A stretch of 32,000 nt of DNA from Desulfocapsa sulfexigens DSM 10523 (GTDB taxonomy: Bacteria > Desulfobacterota > Desulfobulbia > Desulfobulbales > Desulfocapsaceae): positions 690,001-722,000 of the forward strand of contig NC_020304.1 of NCBI RefSeq assembly GCF_000341395.1, written 5' to 3'. A program made the position numbers and the translations under genes. Below the pieces are notes generated by a model. That model worked only from the letters and a program-made list of their open reading frames with translations. It had not been told where the DNA came from and searched no databases. Shown piece by piece: positions 9,421-16,734 of the stretch. Within the stretch, counting starts at the first letter, position 1. Every line of letters starts with the position of its first letter.

Positions 9421-10821
9421 TTACTTCTTAAACTCTTCCTTCTGCAGGCCGTACTTCTTCATCAGCTTGTGCAGCTGCCTGGTACTGACACCGGCAGCCT
9501 CAGCACTTGCGTTGATCTTTCCGCCACACTCGTCAAGTACCTCTTTCAGGTAACAGCGCTCTATCTCTTCAACTCCTCTTCTCCGCACCTCCGCCAGGGG
9601 AAGCATGGTGTCCATCTGCACCCTGCTTAGAGGATCTTCGGTAGTGAACAGTTCTGCCGGAAAGCTCTCCGGCACAAGGACCGCTGTCCTTTCCAGGATA
9701 TAGGCTCGTTCCATGATGTTCTCGAGTTCACGGATATTACCCGGCCAGGAGTAGTTGAGAAAGGCCTCTATCACCTGAGGGTGGATATCGAATATCTCCT
9801 TGGTATGAAAACGGTTCAACTGGCCGATAAACATCTCCACCAGCCCCGGAATATCTTCCTTTCTGTGCCTGAGTGGCGGGAGTTCTATGGGAAAAACATT
9901 GAGCCGGTAGTAGAGATCATTACGAAATTGCTTTTCCTCACAGAGCTGTTTAAGGTCTTCGTTGGTGGCTGCGATGATACGTACATCTACCTTGGTTTCT
10001 GCCTCCCCGCCAATACGCTGAAAAACGCCATCCTGAAGAACCTGCAGGAGCTTGATCTGAGCTGCGGGCGTAAGCGTTCCAATCTCATCAAGAAAAATTG
10101 TACCACCATTGGCAACCTCGAATTTACCAAGCTTTCGCTTCACTGCTCCGGTAAAGGCACCTTTTTCGTGGCCAAAGAGTTCACTCTCCAGAAGAGTGTC
10201 CGGGATTGCCCCACAGTGGACACTGATAAACTGTTCATCCCTGCGATTACTGTGTTTATGAATAATCCTGGCCAGCACTCCTTTTCCTGTTCCTGTTTCG
10301 CCGGTGAGAAGAACAGTGCTTTTGGTGGGCGCAACGGATCGCACATTGGAAAAGACCTCTCGCATCGCCGCGCACTTTATCTGAACCAGGGGAGCCGCAT
10401 CCTTGTCCCAGAATTGATCACGCAGATAATCCAGCTCAGACTGTACCTTCTGAGCCTCACTCATACTAGCGGAAACCAGCCTGATTTCATCTGCTATAAT
10501 GGGGTACATAATATAATCACAGGCCCCCAGTTTCACAGCAGCCACTGCTTCCCGCAACATTTCCTGGTTAGTCATGACCACAATCTTCAGGCTTGGATAA
10601 CGCAACCAGAACGGTTGCAGAACGGCTTTGTAGCCACTTGTAACCGCTGACGCACTAAGAATTTCCATGTCAATAAAGAGAAGATCACTGCGATACTGCT
10701 TAACGGTTTCAACAGCCTCCACCAGAGAAGATGCTGTCGAGAGAATGGCATCTTCTCCGCAACTTTCCCGGAAAGTGGTCATGACCTCACGATCTCGACT
10801 AATAACCATGATGTTTTCCAT
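9421..10821 (-). CDS. Sigma54-dependent transcriptional activator with receiver-like N-terminus, AAA+ domain and Fis-type HTH
   Basis: The ORF track extends to 10953, but the likely start is [14 protein letters not shown] at 10821. Walker [18 protein letters not shown], intact GAFTGA sigma54 contact loop, [57 protein letters not shown], and C-terminal [27 protein letters not shown]. Confidence 0.93.
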   Translation of the reverse strand: MENIMVISRDREVMTTFRESCGEDAILSTASSLVEAVETVKQYRSDLLFIDMEILSASAVTSGYKAVLQPFWLRYPSLKIVVMTNQEMLREAVAAVKLGACDYIMYPIIADEIRLVSASMSEAQKVQSELDYLRDQFWDKDAAPLVQIKCAAMREVFSNVRSVAPTKSTVLLTGETGTGKGVLARIIHKHSNRRDEQFISVHCGAIPDTLLESELFGHEKGAFTGAVKRKLGKFEVANGGTIFLDEIGTLTPAAQIKLLQVLQDGVFQRIGGEAETKVDVRIIAATNEDLKQLCEEKQFRNDLYYRLNVFPIELPPLRHRKEDIPGLVEMFIGQLNRFHTKEIFDIHPQVIEAFLNYSWPGNIRELENIMERAYILERTAVLVPESFPAELFTTEDPLSRVQMDTMLPLAEVRRRGVEEIERCYLKEVLDECGGKINASAEAAGVSTRQLHKLMKKYGLQKEEFKK

Positions 10822-10869
10822 AGCCCCTGACCCCAGTTTAAGAATTCTCAGTTCTGTTTTTTTCCCGTT

Positions 10870-10888
10870 TCGGAATTTCAGGTTCCGA
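10870..10888. repeat. Inverted repeat TCGGAA-tttcagg-TTCCGA between the sigma54 activator and the 11037 promoter
   Basis: Perfect 6-bp arms with a 7-nt spacer, about 150 nt upstream of a candidate sigma54 promoter, in the range of enhancer sites for bEBPs. Confidence 0.4.
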
Positions 10889-11036
10889 GAATTTGTTTTT
10901 CCTTCCCCTGACACTTTCAGCCTACAACCTATTCTGCCTTTACACTCTGACACACCTTTTCACAACGAAAAAGAACAACGGATGACCCTGAATGCCTCAG
11001 CGCAGCATATTCAATTGAAAAACTGACAGAGTCATA

Positions 11037-11052
11037 TGGCACACTGTTTGCT
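11037..11052 (+). promoter_or_regulatory. Candidate sigma54 -24/-12 promoter
   Basis: TGGCACA-CTGT-TTGCT; exact GG-N10-GC spacing and near-consensus at both boxes; about 50 nt upstream of the 11099 ATG and its GGAG RBS. Confidence 0.75.
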
Positions 11053-11098
11053 TAACAAAAAATCAAAAAAACAGTCAATATTACTTTTGGAGAACGTG

Positions 11099-11281
11099 AT
11101 GAAAACAAAAAGATGTACGGCCTGCGGTGGTGATATTCAGATTTATTATGACAACGAAGTGAGAGATGACGTTTACTGTAACGAATGCGAACGAGAATAC
11201 AGGATCATATCAATGCATCCAGTGAAGTTGCAGGCACTGGAAACAGACTATGACTACTGTTTTGAAGAAGACGAGTATTAA
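11099..11281 (+). CDS. Small LysW-like double-CxxC protein (paralog C)
   Basis: The ORF track opens at 11036, but that start overlaps the sigma54 promoter; ATG 11099 has GGAG at good spacing. MKTKRCTACGGDIQIYYDNEVRDDVYCNECEREYRIISMHPVKLQALETDYDYCFEEDEY. Confidence 0.85.
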   Translation: MKTKRCTACGGDIQIYYDNEVRDDVYCNECEREYRIISMHPVKLQALETDYDYCFEEDEY

Positions 11282-11673
11282 TCCTTGGAAATTCTTCTGA
11301 AGAAGAGGACTTCGTGAAGATTTTCACACTAAATGCTACTCAGCTAAGTACCAGTTACTTATCACTTCTTGGTATGCGTTGTGTTTGCTGAAACTGACGA
11401 CTCTTTCCTTCTGGCAAGCCCCACCATGCCTCGTTCCTTACTGTAACGACAGGAGAGATGACTCCTTTTTAAATATTCTATTCAGATAGTGCTCCAGTGA
11501 TCTGGCAATGAACCTGTGCTCACAGAACATTCTGATATTCTATGGATTTCTCCATTAATCAGCATCTCAAATGTTCCCGCCATGGAGACAGATGCCACAG
11601 ATTTGAGCATGCTTTGTTGCCAAAACAGACATGCTGCTGCTAGTTCGTGGCCAAACCAGGGAGACAAATAAAC

Positions 11674-11970
11674 ATGACACGACTTGAACAGAAAAAAGTA
11701 ACACTTGCAGGAATACTTGTCCCGGATCAGTGGGCAGAGGATGGCGAGATCACCGGGTTTGCCCTCTGTACTGATGATGAGCGAAAATATGTCCTGAACT
11801 GCAATAATAAAAAGAACAATCTCAGTTCGATGCTACACCAGAACATCAAGGTTAGCGGTACGATGACTGGCGAAGCAGAGAAAGAAAGTATAAAAGTTAC
11901 AACCTTACAACCTCTCTCTTCTCAAGAAATCGAAGAAAGAGATGCCAGGGGAAAGGCATTCTGTTGCTGA
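11674..11970 (+). CDS. Small hypothetical protein, possibly a beta-rich/OB-like fold
   Basis: 98 aa from the ATG at 11674 with upstream AGGGAGA. MTRLEQKKVTLAGILVPDQWAEDGEITGFALCTDDERKYVLNCNNKKNN...IKVSGTMTGEAEKESIKVTTLQ shows alternating beta-strand pattern. Located between LysW-like genes. Confidence 0.55.
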   Translation: MTRLEQKKVTLAGILVPDQWAEDGEITGFALCTDDERKYVLNCNNKKNNLSSMLHQNIKVSGTMTGEAEKESIKVTTLQPLSSQEIEERDARGKAFCC

Positions 11971-12117
11971 TGAATCCCCACGAAACTGCGCGAGGGAAGA
12001 CAAATGCCCACAACCCAGGTTCAAAAGTGCTTATGACTACAAAAAAAAGAATTTTAACCTGCTCTGTGGGTGATGTTATAGTAACCATCAACAGAAAAAT
12101 GCTGGTATCCGAAGTTA

Positions 12118-12130
12118 TTTCCCAGGGAAA
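12118..12130. repeat. Palindrome TTTCCC-A-GGGAAA
   Basis: Perfect 6-bp arms around one central base. Confidence 0.4.
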
Positions 12131-12274
12131 GGAGGCAACAAAAACCAAAGCTGGTGAAAGAGCCTGTGTTTCTGCCTGCCGCATAATGCCTAACGGTCAG
12201 GTACTCAGTCGATCACCACTGTTTATTGACGACTGGTCGCACATCTAACTCAACAAACAGGACTTTTCAGTTCC

Positions 12275-12290
12275 GCTTTCCCTGGAAAGC
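12275..12290. repeat. Inverted repeat GCTTTCC-CT-GGAAAGC
   Basis: Perfect 7-bp arms with a 2-nt spacer, directly upstream of two candidate sigma54 promoters and related in sequence to the 12118 palindrome. Confidence 0.45.
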
Positions 12291-12321
12291 TAAAAACTCC
12301 CTTTCCTGCAACCCTCTCTCC

Positions 12322-12337
12322 CGGCACGTACAGTGCT
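12322..12337 (+). promoter_or_regulatory. Candidate sigma54 -24/-12 promoter (weaker of a tandem pair)
   Basis: CGGCACG-TACA-GTGCT; GG-N10-GC spacing exact. Confidence 0.45.
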
Positions 12338-12359
12338 GCCCCTTACCTCCGACTCAATC

Positions 12360-12375
12360 TGGCACGTCGCTTGCT
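12360..12375 (+). promoter_or_regulatory. Candidate sigma54 -24/-12 promoter
   Basis: TGGCACG-TCGC-TTGCT, effectively a full consensus match with exact GG-N10-GC spacing; upstream of paralogs D and E. Confidence 0.75.
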
Positions 12376-12718
12376 ACTCATTTTAGTGCTTGTGATGAAT
12401 TGGTACCAGGGGGTCGTGATCTCCTTGTTTTCTCTCCTGGTATCTATTCATTACCTGCATTTATCATTTGCTGCTCAGGAGCTTTAAGGCCTGAAATTGA
12501 ACACAGAAAAAGCTGTACCACTGAGGACGAAAAATATGGCCAGAATACTGGGTGGTCGCGAGAAATACAAAAGAAAAGGAAACATTGGAGAGACTTCCCC
12601 TCGAAAACTCATCACCAGTCGAAAAGTAAAGAGTCTCTCTTCTCTTGAAGATCCCCTTCAGGATTCTGTCCTGAACCCATCGCAAAGAAAAGGGGCGCTG
12701 ACAAAGAGGAAAAGAAGA

Positions 12719-12904
12719 ATGATTTCAAATAGTGCATGCCCAATCTGCACGTGGGAAATCAGAGTTCCCCGTAATGCCAGGCTCGGTGATGTGGTTTTGT
12801 GTAAAGGCTGTGGTGGCGAGTACGAAATGCATTCGCTTCATCCACTCCGCCTTCACCCCCTAAACTTTTATAATGGTTCAGATGAGTACCCCGGCCAAAT
12901 ATAG
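12719..12904 (+). CDS. Small LysW-like double-CxxC protein (paralog D)
   Basis: The ORF track opens at 12497 via TTG. The conserved domain fits ATG 12719 with an AGAGG-type RBS: MISNSACPICTWEIRVPRNARLGDVVLCKGCGGEYEMHSLHPLRLHPLNFYNGSDEYPGQI. A longer N-terminus is not excluded. Confidence 0.75.
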   Translation: MISNSACPICTWEIRVPRNARLGDVVLCKGCGGEYEMHSLHPLRLHPLNFYNGSDEYPGQI

Positions 12905-12934
12905 GTTTCCGTAAGATTCTCCCTATCTATTATT

Positions 12935-13171
12935 ATGTATAATCAGACAAATCGGCAAATGAAGACAAGAACAGGAAAAAGGTCCTTTACATATCAATAC
13001 CGTAGCTGCAGTTTCTGCTGCAGCGTTGACGGGCTTGTCGTTTCTGACTCTCAGCAGCAGGGCGATATTGTCTCCTGTCATGTCTGTGGTGGTCAGTATC
13101 TTATTCGCAGTATAGATCCGCTTAAGTTGCAGGCTCTGCCTTCACAGTCGAGCAACATGTCCTTTGGTTGA
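12935..13171 (+). CDS. Small LysW-like double-CxxC protein (paralog E)
   Basis: 78 aa: ...YRSCSFCCSVDGLVVSDSQQQGDIVSCHVCGGQYLIRSIDPLKLQALPSQSSNMSFG; CxxC-x19-CxxC plus the YLIRSIDPLKLQ motif. Confidence 0.75.
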   Translation: MYNQTNRQMKTRTGKRSFTYQYRSCSFCCSVDGLVVSDSQQQGDIVSCHVCGGQYLIRSIDPLKLQALPSQSSNMSFG

Positions 13172-13437
13172 CAGGATCATCCGTCTCCCTGGTCTTACGC
13201 TGGAGTAGAGAAAAAGCCGATGGAACATATAAAATGGCTGTGCTCATAGAGCCTCCTCCATCAAACCAACAAACGACGACGGCATTTCAACGACCTGCCT
13301 CATTCACACCTGGCACAATGTGTGAAATTCCCCCCATCAACTAACGATATACGGGTTAAAAAGTCAGCGTATGTGGTATCTTCACATTCAGTTCCAGCAA
13401 ATCCATCCACATCCTATCTTTCATATGGGGCCTGATA

Positions 13438-15576
13438 ATGAGAATCCACTATTTGTTAATTCTTTTATGGAGACGTATTTTCTGTTCTCTCGTTTTTCTT
13501 ATCCTGGCCTTTGATAGCTCCCCCACCCTGGCTGCAGAACCAGATACACTGCTTTTCTCGGATAAAAAGGAGGAAAGGCAGGCCTCCTATACAACTTTGC
13601 AGCAATCCATTACTGAAAAACTAAAAAGCACCAAAAACGAACAGGAAAAAGACAACCTGCTCATGCAACAGCAGATACTCTTCAGATTAGTGGAACTACC
13701 CGACACCCCTGAGCAATTCAGCACCACTAGGATTTTTTCCGAACTGGCAGCCAAAGGGAGTCTCACCTGGGATGAATTTGAACAATTTCTTGATCATCAT
13801 ATCAAAATCAGTCTTGATGAAAAAAAGAACAGCCTGGACCTGGAAAACAGTCAGCGGCAGCTCAAAATGCTCCATAGTCGTTTGACGGCCCTTGACAGCA
13901 ACAATCCTGAAATTGCTTTACTGCAACTGCAATACGCTTTCAAGTTGCGTAAACATGGACTGCAGCAGAAAATCGACAAACAGCTCAAAGATGCTCTGGA
14001 GGAGGCGAAAAAAATCTACCCTCTTGTGCTGAAAAAAACCAGCGTCGACGGACAGAGAATAGCCACTGAGGAGGGCCTCCTGGCAGAACAGAAAGTTCGT
14101 TTCCAGAAAAGCGTTGATGACAGTGCTCTTTCAGTCACTGAGAATAATATCAGGATTCAGGAACAGGATAACATTCTACAGGGCTACCTGGGCAAGGATC
14201 TCACTGCTGACGAAAAAAAAATACGCATATACGAAGAGGCAAAACTGAATGAATTGAAGGTTAACAGACTCCTTTCAGAAAGCAAACGACAGGAAAACAA
14301 CCTGAAACAACTGCAACAGGCACAAAAAGTTGCCTGGTACCGTTTACTCAATGAAAATCCCGATTTCTCTGAGCTGACAGACCTGTCAAATGACATCCTC
14401 AAGCAGCTAGTTTTACTAAAAAAAGAAATAACCGACTCACAAAACGCCCTCTTTTCTCTTGAAAAAGAACTGGCCCTCCTCAGCAACACTACTGATCCCA
14501 TCAGTCCCAAAACAAAAAAACTGCTCCAAAGCATCAATAGTAACATCCAGACAATTTTTGCAAGCCTCATACTCATTGATAAAGAGGCAGAAAGTCTTGA
14601 CCATAGAAGCTGGCTGCTTGGAATGGCCATAGACCTGAAGCAGACAGGCATCGGCGCTGTGGTCACCAGAACGCGGGAAGCCACAAGTACCGCTTTTGAA
14701 AGGGTCCTCTTTATCCTGAACTACCCCATTCTTTCCTATAGTGGTGCTACTCTGTCTCTATTGATTCTTCTCCAGGTTATCTTTATTATTGTCCTGGGTC
14801 TCCTGATTACTCGCTTCTATGGAAGATTCATCCATCGTCTGGGAGTAAAACATTCCTGGACCGAACAGACAATTCACCTGACCCATGTTGCCGGAAAATA
14901 CCCGCTGTTTCTTCTTCTTGCCATGGTTGCCCTCTCGTCACTTGGAATCAACACCAGTTCCTTCGCCATGATTGCCGGTGCCCTGTCAGTGGGTATCGGT
15001 TTTGGCCTGAAGACCATTGTCAACAATCTGGTTTCAGGGTTCATTCTCCTCTTTGACAAGTCCATCCGGCCCGGAGATTTTATCTCTCTCGGAGGTGCCG
15101 TTCAGGATGGCGGTCTCAGGGGAAGTGTGGTACAAATGAACATTCGAGCATCGGTACTGCGCACCAACGACAATATCAACGTCATTATTCCCAATGCCAC
15201 TCTCATGGAATCACAGGTGGTTAACTGGACGTATACCGATGAAAAAGTACGCTTTAAAATTCCTTTCTCCGTAGCCTACGGCACCGATTCCGACCATGTC
15301 AAAAAGGTTATCAAGGAAGCTATGCTGAAAACTCCAATTGTCCTGAAACACCCTGACCCGACAGTTCAGATGACTGCTCATGGAGATAACGCTGTAGCCT
15401 ATAATGCAAATGTATGGGTGGAAGGCCCCAATGCCAGGCGCCCAGCAAGAACGACGGACACAATCTTAAGCACTATTTACAAAGTATTGAACGAAAACGA
15501 TCTTGAAATCCCCTTTCCGCAATTGGATGTCCATCTTCGTAGTTCCGATGGGCAGAGTGCAGAGAAAGATCTATAA
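13438..15576 (+). CDS. Mechanosensitive ion channel protein (MscS domain with long periplasmic coiled-coil N-terminus, MscK-like)
   Basis: 712 aa. Signal peptide, extended helical region, TMs, then AGALSVGIGFGLKTIVNNLVSGFILLFDKSIRPGDFISLGGAVQDGGLRGSVVQMNIRASVLRTNDNINVIIPNATLMESQVVNWTY, the MscS signature. Confidence 0.93.
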   Translation: MRIHYLLILLWRRIFCSLVFLILAFDSSPTLAAEPDTLLFSDKKEERQASYTTLQQSITEKLKSTKNEQEKDNLLMQQQILFRLVELPDTPEQFSTTRIFSELAAKGSLTWDEFEQFLDHHIKISLDEKKNSLDLENSQRQLKMLHSRLTALDSNNPEIALLQLQYAFKLRKHGLQQKIDKQLKDALEEAKKIYPLVLKKTSVDGQRIATEEGLLAEQKVRFQKSVDDSALSVTENNIRIQEQDNILQGYLGKDLTADEKKIRIYEEAKLNELKVNRLLSESKRQENNLKQLQQAQKVAWYRLLNENPDFSELTDLSNDILKQLVLLKKEITDSQNALFSLEKELALLSNTTDPISPKTKKLLQSINSNIQTIFASLILIDKEAESLDHRSWLLGMAIDLKQTGIGAVVTRTREATSTAFERVLFILNYPILSYSGATLSLLILLQVIFIIVLGLLITRFYGRFIHRLGVKHSWTEQTIHLTHVAGKYPLFLLLAMVALSSLGINTSSFAMIAGALSVGIGFGLKTIVNNLVSGFILLFDKSIRPGDFISLGGAVQDGGLRGSVVQMNIRASVLRTNDNINVIIPNATLMESQVVNWTYTDEKVRFKIPFSVAYGTDSDHVKKVIKEAMLKTPIVLKHPDPTVQMTAHGDNAVAYNANVWVEGPNARRPARTTDTILSTIYKVLNENDLEIPFPQLDVHLRSSDGQSAEKDL

Positions 15577-15764
15577 ATTAGAACAAAGATTCCTCAAACA
15601 AGACCTTTTTGCACACTGCGTCAACATACTCTTCATCTTTGGCCGTTATAATACAACAAACAACCAATCCATTGCCCCTGACTCCGTGATGAGCAACACA
15701 ATGGAACACTTACCTGCGAGAGCAGTTATACGACGCTCAAAATATCACTCAAAAGGAAATAAGA

Positions 15765-16670
15765 ATGAAAATTTGTATTTTATCCAGAGATAAAAACCTC
15801 TACTCTACCTCAAAACTGGTCGAAAATGCGGAAAAACGTGGCCATGAAGTGCATGTGATTGACCCACTGCGCTGCTATATGAACATTACTTCTCATAAAC
15901 CGTCCATTCACTTCAAAGGTGAACCTCTGGAGGGCTTCTCTGCAGTTATTCCCCGTATAGGTGCCTCTATAACCTTTTACGGCACAGCCGTGGTAAGGCA
16001 GTTTGAAATGATGGGGGTCTATTCAGTGAACGAATCCGTAGCTATTTCCAGATCCCGGGACAAACTCCGATCCCTGCAACTCTTGTCCCGCAGAGGAATC
16101 GGTCTACCGGTGACCGGTTTTTCCCATTCGACCATGTATACCCAGGATCTTATCGATCTTGCAGGGGGTGCGCCGCTTGTTATCAAACTTCTGGAGGGTA
16201 CCCAGGGAATCGGCGTGGTTCTCGCTGAAACCAACAATGCAGCCGAAAGTGTTATTGAGGCCTTCCGGGGACTGAAACAGAATATCCTGGTACAGGAATT
16301 TATCAAAGAGGCTAATTCACAAGATATTCGGTGTTTCGTGGTTGGTGGCAAGGTGGTTGCTGCAATGATGCGTACTGGTAAGGTGGGTGATTTTCGATCG
16401 AATATCCACCGGGGTGGCAAAGCTGAAAAAATAAAAATCACCCCGGAAGAGCGTTCCACAGCCGTACGAGCTGCCAAAATAATGGGTCTCAATGTGGCCG
16501 GGGTGGATATCTTGCGTGCCAACCATGGCCCGGTTGTCATGGAGGTGAACTCATCACCCGGCCTTGAAGGCATCGAGGCGGCATCCGGAAAAAATGTGGC
16601 AGATATAATTATTGCCTTTATCGAAACCAATGCTCAGGAGGGAAAAACAAAAACCCGTGGCAATGGCTGA
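15765..16670 (+). CDS. rimK: RimK-type ATP-grasp ligase (ribosomal protein S6--L-glutamate ligase-like)
   Basis: 301 aa. [35 protein letters not shown]...[59 protein letters not shown]...[22 protein letters not shown]...[15 protein letters not shown]...[11 protein letters not shown]...[13 protein letters not shown]; near full-length match to remembered RimK. Confidence 0.95.
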   Translation: MKICILSRDKNLYSTSKLVENAEKRGHEVHVIDPLRCYMNITSHKPSIHFKGEPLEGFSAVIPRIGASITFYGTAVVRQFEMMGVYSVNESVAISRSRDKLRSLQLLSRRGIGLPVTGFSHSTMYTQDLIDLAGGAPLVIKLLEGTQGIGVVLAETNNAAESVIEAFRGLKQNILVQEFIKEANSQDIRCFVVGGKVVAAMMRTGKVGDFRSNIHRGGKAEKIKITPEERSTAVRAAKIMGLNVAGVDILRANHGPVVMEVNSSPGLEGIEAASGKNVADIIIAFIETNAQEGKTKTRGNG

Positions 16671-16734
16671 GATAACAGACAACTCATTTTATGTGGGGAT
16701 TTCTGATCAGAATATTAAAAGAAATCTCATTTAC

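Noticed and set aside
9781-10650. 289-aa ORF on the + strand
   Set aside because: Fully antisense to the strongly conserved AAA+ domain of the sigma54 activator; no RBS or family signature. Shadow ORF.
11964-12248. 94-aa + ORF considered as another LysW paralog
   Set aside because: Contains TCSVGDVIVTI but no paired CxxC motifs or YxI.S..P motif. It overlaps the preceding gene's stop, and support is too weak to call.
12226-12648. 140-aa + ORF overlapping the start region of paralog D
   Set aside because: Contains the candidate sigma54 promoters at 12322 and 12360, has no recognisable domain and low-complexity composition.
8734-13171. Canonical LysW-dependent lysine/arginine biosynthesis locus
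   Set aside because: None of the five ribbon proteins ends in EDWGE or Glu, and no LysZ/ArgB-like kinase, reductase, aminotransferase or LysK homologs are present in the window.
16019-16630. 203-aa minus-strand ORF
   Set aside because: Antisense to rimK, whose sequence is unmistakable.
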